Below the pieces are notes generated by a model, which was not told where the DNA came from, did no database searches, and saw nothing but the letters and a program-made list of their open reading frames with translations. Of a stretch of DNA of 64,000 bases, positions 38,404 through 48,857 are shown one piece after another. The DNA is taken from NCBI GenBank assembly GCA_964016885.1, contig OZ024740.1:61380001-61444000 (forward strand), in the 5' to 3' direction. The stretch comes from Eledone cirrhosa (lineage: Eukaryota). Both the position numbers and the translations under genes were made by a program. The first letter of the stretch is position 1. Every line of letters starts with the position of its first letter.

Positions 38404-38613
38404 CCCTTTAGCATTGACATTACTTTATATATACTATTATATTTTCATGGTAAAGGCTTTATCTCGCATAATTATCTCACATAATATCGAATCTATGATA
38501 TTTTAAAAGTATTTATTTTGAGAACAATACCTTAACATCAGGTTGAGCAACCAGTTACAGCCAGTTTCAACAGAAAGAGGTAGAGAATTCTGGCTAGTTT
38601 GAACATTAAAGGG
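38404..38613. mobile_element. piggyBac-like MITE, family A (reverse orientation)
   Basis: TTAA|CCCTTTAGCATTG...CATTAAAGGG|TTAA. Confidence 0.8.
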
Positions 38614-39635
38614 TTAAAAGACAAATAATGATGGTGATGCTTAAGTTACAGACATAACTTGATATTGTGCATAATCTCTACACATTCCATAGTGTGAACA
38701 AATGAACAGAAAGATTAGTTTTATGTGACTCTTAAAACACAGATGACAGGGTAGGGACTGTTTTAATGGTAGCAGAGGATTTTGATAGCTTAGTCAAGAA
38801 ACCTTATAATGGGTTCCTTATAGTTTATGGTGGAGGGCTATTTTTAGGAAATGATATGAAAAGGGACAGAGGACTCTTGAAGCTCTATAATATAACACTT
38901 TGCTATTTATGATACACACTGCAGACAGTCTAATGGTTGGTTATCTTTCATTCAAATGAGAGAGAGAGAGAGCGAGAGAGATGATTGGGAGAGAGATAAA
39001 TGCATAGTTATCACTGAAGGGAAGAAAATGTGCTCCCTATTAAAAGTGTGGTTAGTTTGATATCACGTGAATCTACATCAGTGCTTCCTCAAAGGGAGTT
39101 CTATGAAAAAAATTTGGGGTTATATTACAAAAAGTGTCTTAATAAAATTTAATAGAAACTTATATTGTGTCATTAATTATCTTATTAAAATTAGGATAGT
39201 GGGAATTGTCAAAGTGTAGATACAGGTTCCACATTTCTCTGAAAATTGTGTCAGAATTTTGCTACAAAAGTCTGGGAACCATTGTCCTATAGGAGCCCAA
39301 ATTGATTTTTTTAAAATGTAATTCTTAACCTTAATATATTCTAATACTCTATTATATTAATAAGGTAGTATTTTCTTATTAAATTGTAAATTGTTACATA
39401 AAAAAAAATTTAAATCAAATAAAATTTGTCTATAAATATTTTAAAAACGTGAACAGCATTCCAAAGCAGTTTTAATTTAAATTGCAGCATAATAAAAGAA
39501 AATATTAAGCAGTTACCTAAGTTGCAACAAGCTAGACTTTTCTTAAAGGTAGGTAGATATAAGAAAAGGAAAAAGTTCTATAAATGATTTAAATGCAAGG
39601 CAATTTTCAGGCAATGAGTCAATACTTATGCATAC

Positions 39636-40226
39636 CTGTACCCCAAGGTGTTGGTGTAATAAGATCAGTAGCCTGCATAGGATTGGAGGATGTGGATTGA
39701 GATGCCAAAGATCTATTCATACTAGTGAAAGATTTATTATCTTTCATTGGCAACAATGTTTCTACAAGGACTTCCTCACTTGAAAGATTCTTCATAGAAG
39801 TTAATGAACTATCATAAGGTACAAATGGCTTAGGACCAAGCAAACGTTGAGGTAAGGAATGTAAAGATGAACGCCTTTGCATAATTTCAGGTTCAGAGGA
39901 ATTAACAGATGTATTGGTAGGAGGTGTAGTGGATGCAGAAGCAGTAGGTGCTACTGATGACATATAATTATTTGGTAGTAATGGAGATAATGATGGGGAT
40001 AGACCGTCCTTTAAAAGGTTGCTATCAGAAACAGAATTTTCTGGAGGAAAAGAGGATGACAATGGCTTGTTCTCTCTGAGAAGAGAGAACATTAATGGTT
40101 GGGATGTAGAGGAATATATTGGTTGTTGCTCGCTTGAATTAGTTGCAACATATGAACTCAAGGGTATTTCATTGGAACTTTGGAGACCAAAGTATTCTGG
40201 TGGGAGGCTTTGCTTCCAAAGTTCAT
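39636..40226 (-). CDS. PLEKHA7: PLEKHA5/6/7-like exon (591 nt, Ser/Pro-rich)
   Basis: gtttttcag|DELWKQSLPPEYFGLQ...ITPTPWGT G|gtatgc; phase 1-1; lies within ORF 39619..40251. Confidence 0.85.
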
Positions 40227-41959
40227 CTGAAAAACAAATATTCAAAAACAACTCTAAAATGAATGGAATGATTTAAAGTGATCTTTAGAAAATCTTTTTT
40301 CTCTAAAGCAGGTTAGGAAGAAAAACTAAAGGGTTTTGCAATCCTGCCTTTGTGTTTTAATTATAAATGTAATAAAGAATGAGAAGTTTAGTGAAATATC
40401 TTTTAACAACACTTTCATTATCATATTTCTAATGAAAGACACTGCCTATGATTTTTAATTAATTTTGAAAATAATCAACTATCTTGAGAGATTTAATAAA
40501 ATAACTAGCCTTTTCATTCTTAAGCTGGTGGGTGAAACAATGAAATTTTCTCATAAAATTAAGATGGAATGTTTTCAGATGAATATAAATACTTTAAAAC
40601 AAACTGCTTTGTATCATAGAAGTAAGAGTAGTTTCAAGTGGTTTGTGTCAAGAAGTGTTAAATTGATCTTTTAGAAGACTTATTTTTTTCTTCAAAACTC
40701 GTAGGGAAAAAGTAGAAAGCAGTTTCACCCTTTTCTTATATTTCTAACAATAATACATTACCCTTGTATTTTAATTATCAAATTAATCAAGAATTACAAG
40801 TGGTTTAGTGAACTATTTAATTTCTGAAAGCTAATATCTAGCATGTAATAATGAAATTTCAATCCAAGGTTTGAATTTAAATTTGAGCACTTTAATAAAG
40901 GCAGTTCAGGTGGGTGGATGTCTGTTTTGTGATCATATTTCTAATGAAATACACTGTATTTTAATAGCTTAATGAAGAATTAGGATAGGTTCACTAAAAT
41001 TATGGTTTTATTATTAGAGTGTATTGTTATTTGTAACATAACAAAAAGTTCTTATATCAATATTATGTTATTTGTAACATAACAAAAGGTTCTTATATCA
41101 ATATTATGTTGGAAGATTTTAAATTAAATATATATAACTCTTTAAAACTATTTAGTTCCATAAAAAGAGAGGTGCCTTTGGGTGGGTTGGTTTCAAAAGG
41201 ATTAAAGGTTACATGAATACACAGTGGCAGCTGGAATACTGAACTTGAACAATTAAACAATCATTTGGTTAATAAACAGCACAAGTACTATTTTATATGA
41301 TGTTTTAGTAATTTAAGACATTTTAGTTCAAGGGAAAATAATGTATATTTAGGAATAAGATGAGACTGTTCAGAAAAGTCTTGTCAGTGGCCAGAACACA
41401 AATCACTGTTTACATTTCCAATTATTAACTAATAACTATAACCAATAACTGAGGTTATTCTTCATTCACAATATTTCTAGAATAATGTTTTGATTATTAA
41501 TTAAAAGCCATGGTTTTATTTCTCTTTGTATTGGCAATGTCAGAGCATTAAACAATATGCTTAGTAGTATTTTTCTAGCTCCCTACATTAAGAACCAAGA
41601 TCCTACAATTAAACTGTATTCCAAAGTCAGAGGGAAAGAATCTTGTTAATAAGGTGTATCATGATGTGTATCAAGAGTCAAATACTGATTATTTGTGTAT
41701 CTGCTAGTTTGTGTATGCCTTTATGCATATTTTGGTGTGAACTTCTCCAAGGTGTTTGTGGGTGTGTGATGTTACTGTGAAATTGGTTATTAATTATAAT
41801 GTCATATGTCAGTGATTGTATGGGATACATATTATATATGTGCATTTGTATGTATTCTGGTGTTGTTTCTAAGGTGGTTGTAGGTTTGTGATACTGTTGG
41901 CCCATGCTAGCAGGCTTGTGTTCATATGTGGGCATTTTATGAACACCTCACTCTTACTG

Positions 41960-42214
41960 TTCAGATATCTGGTGGCGAACTTCAAACCCTATTCGACAGA
42001 TTTACCACCTGCAAGCTTCCATCTCTTCAAGTTGAAAATGCAACTCAACGGTTGCTGTTTTAACACCTTTGCCGAGATCCAGAGCAAATCGCAGAAGGCC
42101 CTCAACTCCCGGAAAACGACTTCCAGGCTGGATTAAAAAAGTGACAGGAATGTTGGGACTGGTGTATCGCAGTGCAAGGTGACTATTTTGAAGGAGACGA
42201 TGTTAAAACTTAGG

Positions 42215-42215
<1 letters not shown>
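41960..42215 (+). mobile_element. mariner transposase C-terminal remnant
   Basis: PYSTDLPPASFHLF.KLKMQLNGCCFNTFAEIQSKSQK...WDWCIAVQGDYFEGD is a degenerate YSPDL motif plus mariner C-terminus. The probable right TIR at 42882..42911 is displaced by a nested insertion. Confidence 0.8.
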
Positions 42216-42246
<31 letters not shown>

Positions 42247-42249
<3 letters not shown>

Positions 42250-42750
42250 TAGCCGATTACTACATTTCACAATTTTTTTTTCTAAAATGATGATTGATTT
42301 TAAATCAGTGTTATAATTTATGGGAGAAAAACTCTGGATTTCAATATTACTCAATGTAAAATGTAATGCATGAAACATTGGAAAACATTATTTTTTGTAA
42401 TATATCAAATCAAAATTACATTATTAAATCTTATTCTTATTTTGTTTCTTGTAAATAATTTTTTAAAAAATATAAATTCAAAACTTTTGTGAATAGGCAT
42501 CATATCTTGTCACTTTCCTATGGTTTAAATTTCATATAAATTTCATATAAATCGAAAGGAAAACATTTTCAGCGGGGGTTTGTGCCCCCGGGAACCCTTT
42601 GATTAAAATGAAATATACTTATCCAAGTACCCTGGGCAATGTAGTTTCAGAATATATTTGGTTATGGGGGTCTATCTCCAAAACCATAGGAGTAGTTCGT
42701 GAACAAACAACAAACAAACAGACAGGAATACAACTTTATATATATAGATA
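42247..42750. mobile_element. Helitron/HINE-like element nested in the mariner
   Basis: Begins TACTAGCC, has an (ACAA)n tract and ends CTTTATATATATAGAT. A partial second copy lies at about 13790..14060. Confidence 0.65.
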
Positions 42751-43376
42751 TAGTAATAATAATAAATTTGAAGACTAAAATCCAAAGAGGGCTCGATAAG
42801 GATAAATATATATCAAATATATAAGAACCGTAGAGCAAATATTTATTAAAATATATATATATATATTTTTTCAACATATCTAGTCCAGGAACTTTTTGAT
42901 ACCACCTGGTATATATAGACAATAGATTTCCATAGTTTTTGCCTACCAAATTCACAAAGACGGCATAAGTCAGTCAATGGCTATAGTAGAAAAAACTTGT
43001 GCAAGGTGCCAAACAGTGGGATGTAACCTGAAAGTAAACTTCTTAACCACACAATTATGCCTGCACTTGTATATCAAATTTCTATAAGTATTATGAAAAG
43101 CTTAAAACAATTAAATATCTGTGAAGACACATGGCCTAATAGTTAGGGTGTTGGATCCATGATCAGAAGGTCATGAGTTTGATTCCTAGATTGGGCAGCA
43201 TGAGTTCTTGAGCAAGATGCTTCATTTTACATTGCTTTTCACGACAGGACTGTAGCTCCTATCATTAAAACACCTGAGAAAACTGATATGTGATACAACC
43301 TTATAGAATGCCAGCTAAACCTGCATAGGTGTGAGCTGTAAACTTCATTTCATTTTGTTTCAATTAAATATCTCAC

Positions 43377-43520
43377 CAATTTCAGCATCCAGGTCACCGT
43401 CATCATCACCAGAGTATTCTTTCATTTTATCAGGTCCTCCTATTCGTTCACGTCTTTGCTCTGCCTGTCTTTTCACATCTCGAACAGTTTGCGCCTTTGG
43501 GCGGTCCTTTGGCAATAAGC
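43377..43520 (-). CDS. PLEKHA7: PLEKHA5/6/7-like exon
   Basis: aatgtag|GLLPKDRPKAQTVRDVKRQAEQRRERIGGPDKMKEYSGDDDGDLDAEI G|gtgaga; phase 1-1. Confidence 0.88.
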
Positions 43521-43545
43521 CTACATTATATGATAAAGAAAATCA

Positions 43546-43732
43546 GGGCGGTGGATTGGCAGTATCAGTAGAGGGTCGGGCGCCATGCTTTGACGCATAG
43601 AGTTACGGTCCTTGCCATTCTCAGTTCAAATCTCGCCGAGGTTAACTTTGCCTTTCATCCTTACGGGGTCGATAAAATAAAGTACCAGTAATGCACTGGG
43701 TAATTGCTGGCCTTGTGCCAAAAGTAGAAACA
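43546..43732 (+). mobile_element. Full-length young tRNA-derived SINE with 21-bp TSD
   Basis: GGGCGGTGGATTGGCAG head, B-box AGTTCAAATC and central GCCTTTCATCC..GGGGTCGATAAAATAAAGTACCAG. TSD ATTATATGATAAAGAAAATCA at 43525..43545 and 43733..43753. Confidence 0.92.
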
Positions 43733-43954
43733 ATTATATGATAAAGAAAATCAATGATTAAATGAGAAGTTAGAACATTATATAATGTAATGCTAGTTCT
43801 ACAATTTTCTATCTATTTAACTGGAAAATCAGCAGCAATTAAGAACATTTTCCCTTTTACTGCTTAGTTGAAGAGGAAAGGGCACTGTCTCTGAGACTAG
43901 TGGTTGGAAGGGAAGGAAGTACCCTCAAACTGGAGATCTAACCCCAAGTGTTTA

Positions 43955-43990
<36 letters not shown>

Positions 43991-44804
43991 TCCACTAATA
44001 GCATCCAAAGATTAGATGGTAGAGTGCATCCAGGCCATAAATCGATGAAATTTACTACCTTCATAGGTCACATCATAATTTGAACTAAAAAAACAAGGAA
44101 CACATATAAAAATACTTTAATGACTCCACCAATCTACCACTCTAGACTGGTGCATTTTTTTTATCAACCTAAAAATGACGAAAGGCAAAGTTGATCCCAA
44201 TGCTATTTGAAATCAGTATTAAGACAGTTTTCAAACAAATACTGTTTTTTATATAAATGCTTACAAGCAATTCTAGAATGAAAAATTTGAATGTAAAAAC
44301 ATTAGAAACTAAGAAATTAAAAAAATTTAGCAAGTGTCTTTTCTAAAATTATATTATCATAAATGCTTCAAATTCTGCATTTGCACTAATTTTATTCAAA
44401 ATTAATAAACAGAATGAAAATGAAATGCCCCCAGACTTGATATATTCATTATAATTAAAAATCCAATTTTCCACATTGACCATCAATTATATAGTTCAAT
44501 ACTACCAAGGTTTTGTAAGAGACAGATTTTAGTTTAAATGTCATTACAAAAACTGAATACTTTTTCAAGCAATAATATAGTTAAAATTAATTTTTAGATC
44601 TGCTTTTTCCATGTTTACTTGAGTTAGATGAAACTTTTTGAGGCAGTTGCTTTCTATGGCTTGATGTTTTTGCTGACACTGTATAAAGCTGGCCATATGT
44701 TTGTTGAATAAATATATATATATATATATTTATTGTGTGTGTATGAGAATATGTATTATGAGCTAAGAAATAAAATTAGAGAGAGAGAGAGAGTGTGATA
44801 TATA

Positions 44805-45146
44805 TCATCATCATCATCATCATTTTTACGTCCCCTTTTCCCTGCTTGCAAGGGTGGGATGGGAACTGATTCTGGCTTGATTTCTACAGCTGGATGCCCT
44901 TCCTAACACCAACCTCATTTACAGTGAGTGCTGGGTGCTTTTTTGCCGTGGCACCTCCACGACCACTTTGCAGTGGAATGATATGGACCCCAGTCCCTAT
45001 CATCTCATTTCTACAGCTGAGTAAACTGGAGCAATGTGAAATAAAGTGTCTTGCTCAAGGAAACAACACATCACCCGGTCTGAGAATTGAACTCACAACC
45101 TTTCGATTGCAAGGCCAATGCTCTAACCACTAAGCCATGTGCCTCC
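44805..45146 (-). mobile_element. Full-length CORE SINE with RTE-derived tail
   Basis: Reverse strand: GGAGGCACATGGCTTAGTGG (A box), GAGTTCAATTC (B box), CCTTGAGCAAGACACTT...CTCAGCTGTAGAAATGAG (CORE), an RTE-like 3' UTR, then (GAT)n. Confidence 0.9.
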
Positions 45147-45178
<32 letters not shown>

Positions 45179-45185
45179 TGCCTCC

Positions 45186-45217
<32 letters not shown>

Positions 45218-45434
45218 GAGGGGTAGAGAGAGAGAGATTTGTCATTGTGTTTGTCTGACACTTCACTTTTGATATCATTAATACAGTCAGCTATATTTGT
45301 TTACGTCCAGCACAAACAGAAGTCTTGCCACACCATAGAAGTGAAATCTATAGAATTTTACCTCAAAAGGATTCATTCAACCTATGCCAGCATGATGTAC
45401 AAATGATGATGATGAATATGCTTTTTGTACTCAC

Positions 45435-45561
45435 CAAAAAATCGTTTAGTATTATCATCAGCTTCCCCAATATTCCAGCTATTGTCTGCTTCAGAAGCTG
45501 CATCTGTTCTATCAGCAGACAATTGTACTGGGTCTAGACCAGCAGGCCCATCAAAAACTGG
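45435..45561 (-). CDS. PLEKHA7: PLEKHA5/6/7-like exon
   Basis: cttttacag|PVFDGPAGLDPVQLSADRTDAASEADNSWNIGEADDNTKRFF G|gtgagt; phase 0 to phase 1. Confidence 0.88.
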
Positions 45562-45947
45562 CTGTAAAAGAAAAAAACATCAAGATTTTTTAACTGATAT
45601 TTCGCTTGTCATCCAGAGAAAATCCACTCCGTTAAATGGAACAGTGTCACTTGGTGACACTCAGCAGCCTCTGGCCCACATATGTCCTACTCCCAACTCT
45701 GTCTATCACAGCAATGGTCGCTGTTCCTCAGAGTTTGCTAGTTTCATACCTCCTCCATTCAGGAATTCACAACTCATTTGCCTCTCCTCTTATTATTAAT
45801 GTTGTGTTGAACCTCCTCAGACCCCCCCCCCCCCCCACACACACACACTAACTGTAATGCCCAATCCTTCCCATTCTGAAGATCAGCCTTTTGGAACTTT
45901 TTCCTTGCTCATACCTTTCTAAAAGGAATGGATTTGCAACTGTTTAA

Positions 45948-46302
45948 CCCTGTAGTATTTACATTACTCTATATTTACTATTATATTTTTGTGGTAAACA
46001 CTTTATCTCACATAATTACGGCCCTTTATGGTCTGAGTTCAAATCCCGCCGAGGTTAACTTTGCCTTTCATCCTTACGGGGTCGATGAAATAAAGTACCA
46101 GTAATGCACTGGGTATTTGCTGGCCTTGTGCCAAAAGTAGAAACAATTATTATTTCACATAATATCAAATCTATGAGATTTTGATGTTATTTATTTTGAG
46201 AACAATACCTTAACATCAGTATGAGCACCTAGTTAGAGCTGGTGTGAACAGAAAGAAGTGAGAGAATTCTGGCTGGATACAGTCAGTTTTAATGATAACG
46301 GG
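45948..46302. mobile_element. piggyBac-like MITE family A interrupted by a SINE (46019..46153)
   Basis: The MITE halves match 38404..38613; the insert matches the 3' part of 43546..43732. Confidence 0.78.
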
Positions 46303-46775
46303 TTGAGAAGCACATCAATGGCTGTGATATCTTCAGTTTGAAAGTCATAAGCACTGAACCTTCTTCAAAACCTACTGGCTGGAGTTGGTTCACATTCAGA
46401 GTTACTGACCCCCTAGAGCACTCAAGAAACCACAACTAAGTCACATGTTCCATTTTAACTTGATGCCTTTCCAAACTCCATTCACTTTACAGAGTGCATT
46501 TTAACATGGTACAAGCATTAGAGAAGTTGTGATACACTCGACCAGACTCTTGACCCTATGTTGTCTCCACTCATTCATAAACCCCTTTACGAAGTATACT
46601 GGGTGTGTTTTATCATGGCAGTGGCACTAGTGAGGTTGTTCCATGAGATTCAAGAGTTCTCACTATTCTAAGAAATCTGTTCATTCAAGGCAATGTGAAT
46701 ATAAGTGAGTAGAAGAGAGGTGGGAGGAGGGAGAGAGGTGGGAGGAGGGAGAGGAGAGAGAAAGCGGAAGGAGTG

Positions 46776-47728
46776 AAGCTGGCTGTGGACAAGTGTACCA
46801 CCATGCATTTTGGAAGGAAAAATCCAGCGTCCACATACTCCCTCCACAACACTGACATCAAAAAGTCCTCTTGTGAACGTGACCTGGGCATTACTGTCAG
46901 CAACGATTTGCGTTGGACAAAGCATGTCTCTAAGATTGTCAAGAAGGCCGAGGGTGTCTTGGCATCACTCAGCAAGACCTTTGTTAGCCGCTCTCCAGCC
47001 ATCCATTTAAAACTGTATACAGCTATGGTGCGACCACACTTGGAATTCGCATCATCAGTCTGGAACCCCTATCTTGCTCGGAACATTGACCTCCTGGAAA
47101 CTGTTCAGAGACGTGCAACCAAGCGCATACCCTCCATCAGACACCTACCATACTCTGAACGCCTTGCTTCCCTGGGCATGGATTCATTGAAGCTCCGACG
47201 TCTGGCAATGGACTTGGTGAATACCCACAAAGTTTTTAACCATCTCGCCAACTGCAACCCTGAGCGCCTCTTTGATCTCCATGTGTCTAACACACGTGGA
47301 CATGCCTACAAGATAAGAAAACAGCACAGCTCCCATGACTTTCGCAGACATTTTTTCACGCTCAGAGTTGCTGAAGCATGGAACAAACTGCCTGCGTCAA
47401 TTGTTATCATGCTTCCCGAAATACGCCAAAACTACACCTGATGTACCCCTTCCATACACATGCACACGTGTGTATCATGACTCGTGCACTGTTCATTTTA
47501 CTGATGTTTGTGCATTGCCCTATGTACTGTACATGCACTTTTTTGATGAGTTGTGGTGCACCTGGGCACTGTGCACAATATTTCATTATTGTTATTGTTA
47601 TTATATCATGACTCATACACTGTTTATTTTCCTGACATTTGTACATTATTCTATGTACTATACATGCACCTTTGATGAGTTGTAGTGCACCTGAGCACTG
47701 TACACAATAATTTCATTATTATTATTAT
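46776..47728 (+). mobile_element. 5'-truncated CR1/L2-group LINE (RT C-terminus and 3' UTR)
   Basis: ERDLGI, LYTAMVRPHLEFASSVWNPY, LETVQRRATK, TRGH..KI and FFTLRV..WNKLP are typical CR1 ORF2 motifs. Ends in an (ATT)n tail. Confidence 0.93.
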
Positions 47729-48009
47729 AAGAGGGAGAGAAAGGTGGGAGAGAAGGGGGTGGGTGGGGGGGAGAAAGAAAGAGTAGGCGAAGTGAATAAG
47801 AAGATGATAGAAACAGGGATCTGTGTAAGAGGGTAGCATAGGTCATAATGAGAGAGAGAGAGGGGGGGGAGAAAGGGATGGTAATGAAGTAGTTATAAGA
47901 AAATCAATATAGTATTTGTAAGCACATAATGTTTTCAGGGAGAAACAAATTTAAACATTTGTCATACATTTACAATAGCCATCAATATGAGAAAGAGATA
48001 AATATTTAC

Positions 48010-48299
48010 CTTTGAATAAAGTTGATTGATCTGTGTTTCAGCTTGTAATGGTGCTTCATTGAATGCATAGATGGGTTCAACTACTGGATTGCTTTCAAAA
48101 TGACCATTGTTTCCTTCAGAAGAAGGATCAAACTTTGGTTGAATATAATCAACAAAGGCAGGCCTATCATCTGGAAATCTACCATCTGCTTGATCATCAG
48201 CTGTTGAGTTAAAATAGACTGCCAGATCAATAGTAACTTTAGTGTCCAGATCTGTTTCATAGTAAGTTGACTGTTTAGGTAATTTGTTGGCTTCTTCTT
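48010..48299 (-). CDS. PLEKHA7: PLEKHA5/6/7-like exon
   Basis: ttcttcag|EEEANKLPKQSTYYETDLDTKVTIDLA...INQLYSK|gtaaat; phase 1 to phase 0; lies within ORF 47962..48351. Confidence 0.88.
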
Positions 48300-48857
48300 C
48301 TGAAGAAAAGAAAACAGATATTGAATATATTATTTTTATTTTATTCTTCAAGCATTATGGCAACATTTGTGTGGTTTTAAATTATGTTTCTGTTCTCTTT
48401 TGCTCTCTTACAAGCATTTGTGTATTTCTTGATACAAATTTATTTATTTGTTAGCCCAACCCTACCATTTTATTTGAAGTGAGGTATGGACATTTGCACA
48501 TCTAACCAATGAACAACAAAATCTCTATATGGATTGTAAACAAATCTCATCACCTGTGATGTTGAATGTAAAGAGAAAACACAAACACAATACATAGACC
48601 ACCCCATATATATATATGATGATGATGGCTGCAACTCGATTTTGAGTAATGCCATCGCTTGATACTTAAGCATGAGCATCACGGACGTGACTTTTTAATC
48701 CTGTTAGGGACTTGCCTATGCCCAGCAATGCCAGGCATCGCAAAAAATGTCACATATCAAGCAATGCCTGTATCTGTATATCTCTAGAGATGCTTATATG
48801 TGTGTATCTATGGTTGTATGTATATGTGTATGTATATGTATGTTTGTATATATATGT

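Noticed and set aside
43956-43987. Poly(A) tail of a processed pseudogene
   Set aside because: No upstream coding similarity or TSD seen; treated as a simple mononucleotide run.
45070-45146. tRNA gene
   Set aside because: The A/B boxes belong to a SINE head continuous with CORE and LINE-tail segments; the same applies at 1233, 2450..2526 and 43546.
48747-48857. N-terminal extension of the 1093-aa ORF
   Set aside because: It is translated TA/TG-rich flanking sequence (CICVCICMFVYIC), not part of the element.
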